A stretch of DNA of 64,000 bases from Minisyncoccota bacterium. Lineage in GTDB: Bacteria > Patescibacteriota > Minisyncoccia > Phycocordibacterales > UBA918. The position numbers and the translations under genes were made by a program. Below, piece by piece: positions 19,687 to 27,832 of the stretch (position 1 is the first letter of the stretch; every line of letters begins with the position of its first letter). The notes beneath the pieces are model-generated. The model saw only the letters and a list, made by a program, of their open reading frames with translations. It had not been told where the DNA came from and ran no database searches. The stretch covers positions 256,002-320,001 of the forward strand of contig JAWKSP010000001.1 in assembly GCA_041389025.1 (NCBI GenBank), given 5' to 3'.

Positions 19687-19714
19687 AAAAATCCGGCCAC
19701 AGGCCGGATTTTTT
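19687..19714 (+). terminator. Attenuator terminator 2
   Basis: AAAAATCCGGCC-ACA-GGCCGGATTTTTT. Confidence 0.8.
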
Positions 19715-19843
19715 GAAATTGAGTGATTGATTGGTGAAAAATTTTCTAAAGAAAATTTTTCACCAATCCGTGACCAAGTAAATAAATCATTGATTGGATT
19801 TAGATAGTTCTTTAGGTTAAATAAAATAAGGTGGAGGACAACA

Positions 19844-19984
19844 ATGAATAAACATAATAGGCAAGTTACATTTAAATTTGGTAGAAATGAAACCATTGAT
19901 CCTGCTCAAAGAAGAGTAAAAGATATAATTAAAGCGGTTAATAGTCGCAATCGTAAAAGAAAGGAAACGGAACAAAAAACTTAG
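19844..19984 (+). CDS. Small basic protein (46 aa) downstream of leader module 2
   Basis: GGAGG SD; MNKHNRQVTFKFGRNETIDPAQRRVKDIIKAVNSRNRKRKETEQKT*. Confidence 0.6.
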   Translation: MNKHNRQVTFKFGRNETIDPAQRRVKDIIKAVNSRNRKRKETEQKT

Positions 19985-20095
19985 GATCATATTATTATGA
20001 ATATAATCAAAAAGCCATGTGTTGATAGAGCATGGCTTTTACTTTTGTGGTGGAAAAAGTGTTGACACTCAAATTCATGGGTATATACTGAAAAT

Positions 20096-20203
20096 ATGCA
20101 AACTATTGCAACAACTACAACTTATCGTTCATTCAAGTACATGGTTACGATTGTGCTCGTTTGGGCTATTAGCTATGTAAGTCTGTCGGTTGGCGTGCAA
20201 TAG
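20096..20203 (+). CDS. Leaderless leader peptide 3 (35 aa)
   Basis: MQTIATTTTYRSFKYMVTIVLVWAISYVSLSVGVQ*; promoter TTGACA(20062)-16-TATACT. Confidence 0.7.
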   Translation: MQTIATTTTYRSFKYMVTIVLVWAISYVSLSVGVQ

Positions 20204-20222
20204 CGAAGGAAAAAATAAAAGG

Positions 20223-20257
20223 AAATAAAACCGACCAGAAAAAGGTCGGTTTTATTT
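20223..20257 (+). terminator. Attenuator terminator 3
   Basis: AAATAAAACCGACC-AGAAAAA-GGTCGGTTTTATTT. Confidence 0.8.
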
Positions 20258-20414
20258 TGAAAGATTTTAAAAAATTATTGACTGATGAAAAATTTTCTTA
20301 AGAAAATTTTTCATCAGTCTGTAATCACAATAATACTGATTATGGGCTGATGATTCACCTATCCGTAAGGATAAGAGGGAAAGTTCTTTAAATATTTTTA
20401 AAGGGAGAAATAAG

Positions 20415-20612
20415 ATGCGCGATCAAAACAAGGACTCAACTGTGGATGATGTAAAAAGTTCTACAAACAATAATAGTTCAGTTGTGTTAAAAAGAGTTAA
20501 AAGATTAGGTCATTTAGGTGAAGATGTAACCGATTTTGATTTTAATGGTGACTGTATACATAGACGTTCAAGTCCATGGCGTCGGGATCCAAGATTTACA
20601 AATAAAAAATAA
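20415..20612 (+). CDS. Small protein (65 aa, basic C-terminus) downstream of leader module 3
   Basis: AAGGGAG SD; followed by a terminator hairpin near 20640-20666. Confidence 0.6.
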   Translation: MRDQNKDSTVDDVKSSTNNNSSVVLKRVKRLGHLGEDVTDFDFNGDCIHRRSSPWRRDPRFTNKK

Positions 20613-20732
20613 AAACGATTCGTAAATTTTTTATATATGAAGACCTTTCGCAAGAAGGTCTTTTTTATTTGAGTTTTTTTTATAATTTGCTAGGGTTAAC
20701 GTTATTATCCAATATCCATTTACATAATATAT

Positions 20733-21842
20733 ATGACCTCTTTTGACCACAGTAGCTTTTTAGCCTCACTTACCAACGCCACCTATACCTTACCAATTTT
20801 AGGTGAGATACAAGTTGGTTCTTGGTTCTTGGCTTTTATAGTATTTGTTGCCCTCACTTTTATTTTTTGGATAGTACGAAACGTGGTGGTAAAGCATCTA
20901 CATAAATTATCCGGAAAAACCGGTACAGATATAGACGATACCGTGATTGAAGCAGTACAGGGAATTAGAGTTTGGGTTTATACCATTGCTTCATTATTTT
21001 TTGCTTTGCAGATGGTTGTTGTGCCGGATTGGTTTGATAAGACTATAAAAGCAATTTTCTTATTTGCCATCGTGTGGCAATTGATAGAAATCGCTCTTAA
21101 GTTTGTTGGTTATTTTTCAGCTCGCTTTTTAGAGAGAGACAGTGATGGTGATGGAGAGGTGGATCCAGGGTCAGCTACCGCTTCACATATGGTTGATCTA
21201 ACGGCTCGAATCGTGTTTTGGGTGCTGGGTATACTTTTTATTCTTTCCAATTTAGGAATTGAAGTCACTTCGCTACTGGCGGGGCTTGGTATTGGTGGTT
21301 TGGCGGTGGCTTTGGCTCTGCAGGGTATTTTGTCGGACTTATTTGCTTCTTTTTCAATTTATCTAGATCGTCCGTTTCGGATCGGAGACTTTGTGGTGGT
21401 GGGAAATGATTCCGGTACTATTCAAAAAATCGGTGTAAAATCTACTCGAATCAAAACCTTGCAGGGAGAAGAGTTGGTGGTTTCAAATATGGAACTCACT
21501 TCAGCTCGAGTAAATAACTACAAAAAAATGAAAGAGCGTCGGATTGTCACTAATATTGGTGTGTTGTATGAAACGCCGTTGGAAAAATTAAGACAGGTAG
21601 AAAGTGAAGTAACGGAAATATTTAAAGATTTGGAAGGTGGACGTCTGGACCGAGTACATTTTACAACCTTTGGAGACTTTTCTCTAAACTTTGAGATTGT
21701 CTACTATATAGAATCTCCCGAATATACTGATTATCTTAATGTTCAACAAAAGTTTAACTTTGAGTTGATGGAGCGTTTTGCCAAACTTAGTATAGAGTTT
21801 GCCTATCCAACTCAGACTATTTTGACTAAGAAAGCTGATTAA
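20733..21842 (+). CDS. mscS: MscS family mechanosensitive channel
   Basis: LLAGLGIGGLAVALALQ, DRPFRIGD, IEFAYPTQ. Confidence 0.95.
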   Translation: MTSFDHSSFLASLTNATYTLPILGEIQVGSWFLAFIVFVALTFIFWIVRNVVVKHLHKLSGKTGTDIDDTVIEAVQGIRVWVYTIASLFFALQMVVVPDWFDKTIKAIFLFAIVWQLIEIALKFVGYFSARFLERDSDGDGEVDPGSATASHMVDLTARIVFWVLGILFILSNLGIEVTSLLAGLGIGGLAVALALQGILSDLFASFSIYLDRPFRIGDFVVVGNDSGTIQKIGVKSTRIKTLQGEELVVSNMELTSARVNNYKKMKERRIVTNIGVLYETPLEKLRQVESEVTEIFKDLEGGRLDRVHFTTFGDFSLNFEIVYYIESPEYTDYLNVQQKFNFELMERFAKLSIEFAYPTQTILTKKAD

Positions 21843-21917
21843 TGGAAGAATGTTTTATGACCATAAAACCACACAACAGTAAGTTGACAGTAACCAAAAA
21901 ACGACTATACTAAAATT

Positions 21918-22028
21918 ATGAAAACGATAGCAACAACCGTTTCAAATTCAAATGAATATCAAAAGCAATGTATTTCTTTTGTGCTCTTTTGGATTTTCAG
22001 TTATTTTGGCTGGTCGGTTGGTGTGTAG
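21918..22028 (+). CDS. Leaderless leader peptide 4 (36 aa)
   Basis: MKTIATTVSNSNEYQKQCISFVLFWIFSYFGWSVGV*; promoter TTGACA(21884)-16-TATACT. Confidence 0.7.
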   Translation: MKTIATTVSNSNEYQKQCISFVLFWIFSYFGWSVGV

Positions 22029-22048
22029 GTGGTTTTAAAAAACTTCTC

Positions 22049-22083
22049 AAAACAAAATCCGGCCACAGGCCGGATTTTGTTTT
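22049..22083 (+). terminator. Attenuator terminator 4
   Basis: AAAACAAAATCCGGCC-ACA-GGCCGGATTTTGTTTT; same core as terminator 2. Confidence 0.8.
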
Positions 22084-22145
22084 AGAATATACAAAATTGT
22101 CAATTGTCGTTTTTAATTGTTCATTACAAAAGGAGGGTTGAAGAA

Positions 22146-23111
22146 ATGAAACTTAAATATAAAGCTGGACTTGAATTGGAAGTATTTACTTTACGTAATG
22201 GTAAAACTATTCCAAATCTAAGTCAAATAATTGATAAAATCAATAAAGGGAAACATTTTGATATTTTATCCGTAGAACTAGGGGCCCGTATGCTTGAAGC
22301 TATTACCCCTACTTATCAAAGTACCGAGGACTTGCTATTGTCGTTACGGACAACAATAGATTGTTTACCATCAGATTGGCAGATTTATTATAGTGCTAGC
22401 GACCCTTACTCTAATGGTGAGGCTGTCGAATTGGTTGAGACTCCAAGATACGTGGCTATTATTAACGCTGTCAGACAAGAAAAATCTGATAGTTGGCAAG
22501 GGGTACTTCAGTTTACCAAATGGTGTTCTCTACATGTAAATATTGGGATCAATCCATGGAGTCCACTTGGTTTACTTATCATGAATACGATAAACAATGT
22601 CGCTCCATACATTGGCTTTATGACTAGGGAAGACTTTCCAGAAAGTAGGGGACACATGGCTATCTGGAGAGGTTGGACTGATGAAGCTAGATTGCCACGT
22701 TATGGAGAAAAATATAATAGTTTTTCAAATTTCTCTAATCGATTTAAATTAACCAAAAAGTTAATTAGGAAAGTTTCAGACGATAATTGGAGTCCAGATT
22801 TAAAACAATCAAGAGACCCGTTTGATAGGAGTGATTTAGGAACAAATTGGAAATTTTGTCGCCCTAAATTATCTGAGAATGGCGTCTGGTATATTGAAAT
22901 CAGAGTCCTACCTTCAATGTCGTTAAAAAATGTGGAAGAATATGTGTCACTGCTCTTATTTGGAATAAATGCAATACTAGAGGGATTTAATCCAGAGGAA
23001 TATGAGGTAACAGACATCGATTTTGCCACTGGAGTAGCTTCAAAAGTCTCTCGACTTTTTCCTGTTAAATCCTTAACTGAAGATGAATGGGAAAATTATT
23101 TTCATTCTTAA
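22146..23111 (+). CDS. Glutamate-cysteine ligase family 2 (GCS2/YbdK-like) carboxylate-amine ligase
   Basis: GLELEVF, ELGARMLEAITP, SLHVNIG and IEIRVLPS motifs; AGGAGG SD. Confidence 0.7.
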   Translation: MKLKYKAGLELEVFTLRNGKTIPNLSQIIDKINKGKHFDILSVELGARMLEAITPTYQSTEDLLLSLRTTIDCLPSDWQIYYSASDPYSNGEAVELVETPRYVAIINAVRQEKSDSWQGVLQFTKWCSLHVNIGINPWSPLGLLIMNTINNVAPYIGFMTREDFPESRGHMAIWRGWTDEARLPRYGEKYNSFSNFSNRFKLTKKLIRKVSDDNWSPDLKQSRDPFDRSDLGTNWKFCRPKLSENGVWYIEIRVLPSMSLKNVEEYVSLLLFGINAILEGFNPEEYEVTDIDFATGVASKVSRLFPVKSLTEDEWENYFHS

Positions 23112-23202
23112 ATTATCAAAGATAGTAGTATACTAACTCTAGTTTCGTGTTAGTGTACTACTTCCTTTTTTATTTTTTAATATTAAATATTTATTAATAA
23201 TC

Positions 23203-23976
23203 ATGGCAAAAGTACTTATAATACAGTTCAAAAAAAATAAAGAGGCAGTAGAGTTTGAAAAAAGGTGTTTTAGTGAAAAATTATATCTGTATAGCGAGTT
23301 GAGATTTATTAATGCGCTTAGCGACGAGGTTGATTGGGGGATGCCGGAATTAATAATGGCTGACTTGGACTGTGTTATATTAAGTGGTTCTAATGAATTG
23401 GATTTTGATGGTGGGCGCCCTGAAGATGATTTGGCAAGAATAACCTCAAAACAATTGGTAAGTAAATTAAGTCCCTTCTTAAGATACTTGTTTGATAAAG
23501 ACGTTCCTACATTAGGTATCTGTTATGGGCATCAACTTATAGGTGCCTTTGCGGGTGTGACAATAAGGTATTCAGAAGAGCAAAAGAAAACTGCTTCACA
23601 CGAGCTTAAATTTTTACTCAATCATGAGGAGATTCCTCTGTTTTCTGGGTTACCAGCTACGATTATTGCGCATTATGGCCATAAGGATGTTTTGGTGGAG
23701 GTGCCAAAGGATGCACAGCTTTTGTTCGATGGTGGCGAACGGTGTCTGGTTCCAGCTTTAAAGTATAAAGAGAACATATTTACTTTTCAGTTTCATCCGG
23801 AATTGACTCATACAGACATAATGAAACGAGCGGTTGATTCCCCTGGGTATTTACCTGAAGGATCAATATTAACTGACATATTTAAACCAGATGATTGCTC
23901 CAATTTAATTGTTAGAAATTTTTGCAAATTTGTTGAAGAAGTTAAAAGTAAAAAACAAGAAATAGCGGGGGCCTAA
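23203..23976 (+). CDS. Class I glutamine amidotransferase-like protein
   Basis: LGICYGHQL and QFHPE catalytic motifs. Confidence 0.92.
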   Translation: MAKVLIIQFKKNKEAVEFEKRCFSEKLYLYSELRFINALSDEVDWGMPELIMADLDCVILSGSNELDFDGGRPEDDLARITSKQLVSKLSPFLRYLFDKDVPTLGICYGHQLIGAFAGVTIRYSEEQKKTASHELKFLLNHEEIPLFSGLPATIIAHYGHKDVLVEVPKDAQLLFDGGERCLVPALKYKENIFTFQFHPELTHTDIMKRAVDSPGYLPEGSILTDIFKPDDCSNLIVRNFCKFVEEVKSKKQEIAGA

Positions 23977-24000
23977 AGGCCCCCGCTATTTCTTGTTTTT
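23951..24000. terminator. Bidirectional terminator with a perfect 23-bp stem
   Basis: AAAAACAAGAAATAGCGGGGGCC-TAAA-GGCCCCCGCTATTTCTTGTTTTT. Confidence 0.85.
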
Positions 24001-24110
24001 AAATTAAATAATTGATATCGATATCAATTTAAAGAACAAACATAACCTATAACAAAGTTATGTAGACATGTATGGTATCGTTTGTAGTTTAGATTGCCAA
24101 ATAATAAGTG

Positions 24111-25196
24111 TTAATTACTCAATTTTAGGGTTAAGAGCCCAAGCAAAAAAGGTGTAACTGTTCTTGAAAAAATTTCTGAACGATGGGCAAAATCACCACT
24201 AATATTTTTATCTAGTGAAAATCCAGTCTCTTCTTTTATGGTGCGATCTATGTGTGAAGCAGTAATAGCTCTTAAGCTACCTTTGCCATCGACCTTGTCA
24301 TTACTACGAGTTACTATTACACCTACTACTTCTCCAGAAGAATTTAAAACCGGACCACCAGATGAGCCTTCTGCTCCAACATTGGTTCCGCGAATGGAAA
24401 ATACGTCAGCATAGTTTGAACCAAAAGTATATAATTCAGAAATAGTAGTAGTAGCGCTAACTGGTAGTAAAGGAGAACTGGCCCCATTTTTAAGTAGATC
24501 TGTAGCTGGATAGCCGGCAGCTTGGACTTCTCGGTTTTTCATGGTTCTTGGCATTAGTTTTGTATTTAAAGCTAGAGCCGGAAAACGAGCCGGCAAGGGT
24601 TCTTTATTTATAGATTCTGACACATATAGCAAGGCATAATCACGTTCACCAGTCCCCGTTGGGGCTAAGCTTTTTATTGAATCAATATTCTTCTGCATCC
24701 AAGCTGGTGGTATGTAGAGTAAGTCTGCTTGGTACTTGGCTGTAGCTGGATTTCCGGTACGCACCACGCACTCAGCCTCACCAAGAAGGTTGGTTTTTTC
24801 TAGAAGTAGATATTGAGCTACATGAGCGTTGGTAAGAATAACTCCGTCACTATGCACAAAGAAGCCGGTGCCGGTGGTGGTGCGAATTGTGTCATTAGTA
24901 GTGAAGGTACAATATATATTTACTAAGGCTAGAATAGGGTCATTTATAGTATAGTTTGGTTCTGAGTCAATAACGGTGGCAGCTTGGTATTCTTGGCTTT
25001 TTATAAGAATATCAGGAATATTACTAAAAGTAGTGGGTAAAGAGGGTAGTAGATCAGACTGATTACCTGTTTCTTCGTTTACGATGACAATGTTTCCTTC
25101 GGTAGGAAACCAGCCGGTTATTTTATCTGCTAAATAATTAGTAAAGGCTAGATAGGTACCAAGAATGACTACTATAATTTCAAAGAAAAAATTCAT
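24111..25196 (-). CDS. Membrane-anchored trypsin-like serine protease
   Basis: GTGF...LTNAHV, DYALL, GSSGGPV. Confidence 0.9.
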   Translation of the reverse strand: MNFFFEIIVVILGTYLAFTNYLADKITGWFPTEGNIVIVNEETGNQSDLLPSLPTTFSNIPDILIKSQEYQAATVIDSEPNYTINDPILALVNIYCTFTTNDTIRTTTGTGFFVHSDGVILTNAHVAQYLLLEKTNLLGEAECVVRTGNPATAKYQADLLYIPPAWMQKNIDSIKSLAPTGTGERDYALLYVSESINKEPLPARFPALALNTKLMPRTMKNREVQAAGYPATDLLKNGASSPLLPVSATTTISELYTFGSNYADVFSIRGTNVGAEGSSGGPVLNSSGEVVGVIVTRSNDKVDGKGSLRAITASHIDRTIKEETGFSLDKNISGDFAHRSEIFSRTVTPFLLGLLTLKLSN

Positions 25197-25303
25197 AGAT
25201 AAAAATTGAACTTGTGGAAATTTTAACACAAAAGTGCTATAGTTTGTTCGCTGCAGAGTAGCAAGCGAGGAAAAGCTAAATAGTCTTTATTTACTTATAT
25301 TTT

Positions 25304-25374
25304 GCGGGTGTAGTTTAGTGGTAAAACGACTGCCTTCCAAGCAGTAGTCGGGAGTTCGATTCTTCTCACCCGCA
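25304..25374 (+). tRNA. tRNA-Gly(TCC)
   Basis: GCGGGTG/CACCCGC acceptor; ACTGC-CTTCCAA-GCAGT anticodon arm. Confidence 0.93.
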
Positions 25375-25627
25375 CGAGTACAAAAATGAGCGCACGAAAG
25401 TGTGCCATTTTTGTTCGTGCGGGTGAAGTGAGTAAATAGTTTTGCTCACGTGAAGAATCGAAAAGCGGAGCGATGCCGTTTAAGCGAGCGAGCTGGGGTC
25501 GAGAGTACTTAGTAGAATCTGAGCGGAGCGAAAGATTATACTTAGTAACTCGTGACCGATTCTTCTCACCCGAGTTACTAAAAGGAAACAAAATAGCATG
25601 GTGACCGTCAGGACGATTCTTTTCACC
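25375..25627 (+). repeat. tRNA-Gly(TCC) 3' trailer element
   Basis: Antisense TCGTGCGGGTGA(25415)..GAAGAATCGAA(25452); duplicate CGATTCTTCTCACCCG at 25557; degenerate copy at 25614. Confidence 0.8.
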
Positions 25628-25707
25628 TTCAACTGTGTGACACTACCATATAACTTTTGTATATTATGTTTATGAAGTTTTATAGGAAACATGGAGCTAA
25701 TATAATA

Positions 25708-26127
25708 ATGTCAGAAAACCTAGTAAGACTGGCTGGATTTGTTTCCTTTGGAGATGAAGGATCAAAAAAAGCAAAAGCCGCAGCTTTCTTCCCATTTATT
25801 TTTGTAAAGAGCGAAAAATATATTACTCCAGTATTCATAAATCATGAAAAAATCCATTTCAGACAACAGTTGGAGACATTATTCCTGGGAATATTTATCT
25901 TGAACGTTATAGAAGATATATATTCAATGTTATTTTTAAAATTACAAGGTCAAGATAGGTATCTTTATCGTGCGTCTGAACAAGAGGCTTATCGAAATCA
26001 ATTGAATTTAAAATATTTAGAGAAAAGAAAAATCTTTAGTTTATTTAAATTCATAAAGGATAAAAGGAAGTTGCAATTCATAGAAGGTAGATTGCCAGAA
26101 GTTATAGTAGGCGAGCGATGGTATTAG
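25708..26127 (+). CDS. HExxH-containing hypothetical protein (zincin-like)
   Basis: INHEKIHFRQQLE...EQEAY. Confidence 0.65.
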   Translation: MSENLVRLAGFVSFGDEGSKKAKAAAFFPFIFVKSEKYITPVFINHEKIHFRQQLETLFLGIFILNVIEDIYSMLFLKLQGQDRYLYRASEQEAYRNQLNLKYLEKRKIFSLFKFIKDKRKLQFIEGRLPEVIVGERWY

Positions 26128-26208
26128 TAATTTATTAATTTCCTATATAGACTAGAATTGAAAATCAGTCACAACAAACTCAATCCCAAAAACTGCTATA
26201 ATATTCCA

Positions 26209-27088
26209 ATGGAAATTTGGTTTGTGGCGGCTGTGGCGGGAGCGGTGTTGGCTGGAATTAGTAACTTTTATTTTAAAATAGCGGCCAGTCGAGATTTACA
26301 ACGCTGATGTGTTTATATTTTACGGCGGATTAAATGCTTTTGTGCTCATCGCGTTAGCTGTTTCTATTTTTGATTTTTCACTATGGCAGTTCAACTTTTT
26401 TACCTTTGTCATGATGGTTTCCGGCATGGTAGCGTCTTTGGCGGCGATTATGAAAGTTCACGCTTTACGCCATATTGACTCCACGATATATTTTCCTCTT
26501 TTTAAGTTACTTTCTCCGGGGTTGGCGATTGTAATTGGGATTTTATGGTTTAAGGAAAGTTTTAGCTCAACTGAGTGGTTCGGTATGATACTTGGTCTGA
26601 CAGTACCGTTGATGCTTATTTCAAAAGCTGAAAATGGAAGACAAAATAATTTAAAATTAGGATTAATATTTGTCGTTCTCACGGCTTTTACTTCTGCTCT
26701 GGCCGCCGCTTTAAGTAAGTTTGTAATTGACGCGGGTACTTTGGTTATCATCGGACTCCTTTATTCTTCACTAGGAGTTTTTTTAGGAACTGCCCTCACA
26801 ATAATACTAAAACAGGGCATCAGGCCTGCTTTTAACCATATAAAAAATGATACTGACACCGGCCTTGTCATACACGCTACTTCACGAGCGATTCTTATTG
26901 CTATGTCTTTTTATTTTATACTATACGCATATTTTGCCGGTGGTACTTTAGGAGTAGTTCAAACTATCCACTCATTATACATACTAATACCGATTGTACT
27001 TTCCGTTATTTTTTATAATGAGCACTGGAACCTACAAAAAGCTGCTGCCATTGCTTTATCAATATTGTCATTGATGTTGCTTGGGTAG
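26209..27088 (+). CDS. EamA/DMT family transporter (one frameshift near 26295)
   Basis: N-terminus MEIWFVAAVAGAVLAGISNFYFK lies in another frame; about 10 TM helices. Confidence 0.8.
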
Positions 27089-27218
27089 GTAACGGTTTTT
27101 CAAAACATTTTAGCCACTATTGCTAGCCATTATCATTTAGAGTAAACTATTTTTACACTGAGCCGGAGACAACGCGTCTTGGCACCTTTGCTAAAAATTA
27201 TTAAATAATCAATCAAAT

Positions 27219-27650
27219 ATGGAAGGAGTACCAGAATGTTTTTATCGTATTAGTGTCAAAGCGCTTGTACTTAATGAGACTAGAGACAAATTTCTTATCG
27301 CCAAAGAAGAAAATGGTCGGTGGGAATTGCTTGGCGGTGGGCTTGATTGGGGAGTTGCTCCACAGGAAGATTTAAAGCGTGAAATTAAAGAAGAAACCAA
27401 TTTGAAGACAACTTGGATCGCAGAAACTCCGACTTATTTTTTGACTGATCAGCGCGATACTGATGGACTAATGATAGCAAATGTCTTGTATGAAACTGAG
27501 CTTGAAAATTTAGATTTTATTCCATCAGATGAGTGTGTGGAATTAAAGTTTGTTAATTTTGAGGATTGTAAAAATCTAAATGTTTTTCCCAATGTTCTTC
27601 AATTTGCAAAAATGTTTGATCCAAAGAAGCATAGTAAGACTAAAATATAA
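27219..27650 (+). CDS. NUDIX hydrolase
   Basis: GGGLDWG...LKREIKEETNL Nudix box. Confidence 0.9.
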   Translation: MEGVPECFYRISVKALVLNETRDKFLIAKEENGRWELLGGGLDWGVAPQEDLKREIKEETNLKTTWIAETPTYFLTDQRDTDGLMIANVLYETELENLDFIPSDECVELKFVNFEDCKNLNVFPNVLQFAKMFDPKKHSKTKI

Positions 27651-27726
27651 AAATAAACCCGCATTACATATGCGAGTTTAAGCAAATTTATTACACTATA
27701 ACTAATTAAAATCAAGGAAAACAAGG

Positions 27727-27797
27727 GAAATAATGGAGGGGCGATTTTAAAAAGTAGCTACGAGCAACGAGAAATGTTCGTTCCTCGGTTATTTTTT
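27727..27797 (+). repeat. Dispersed hairpin repeat, copy 3 of 4 (diverged)
   Basis: AAATAATGGAGGGGCGA...TCGTTCCTCGGTTATTTT. Confidence 0.75.
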
Positions 27798-27832
27798 ATA
27801 TAGATTAATTAGTATAGATTCTTAGCTACCGC

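Noticed and set aside
19516-19896. 126-aa minus-strand ORF
   Set aside because: Antisense to leader module 2, whose promoter, peptide and terminator are conserved on the plus strand
18557-22028. Classical amino-acid biosynthesis attenuators (trpL/ilvL type)
   Set aside because: No shared codon run across the four leaders and no biosynthetic targets; only unit 2 is Ile-rich
26209-26309. Programmed frameshift in the EamA gene
   Set aside because: No slippery site; a single indel is consistent with the assembly errors seen elsewhere
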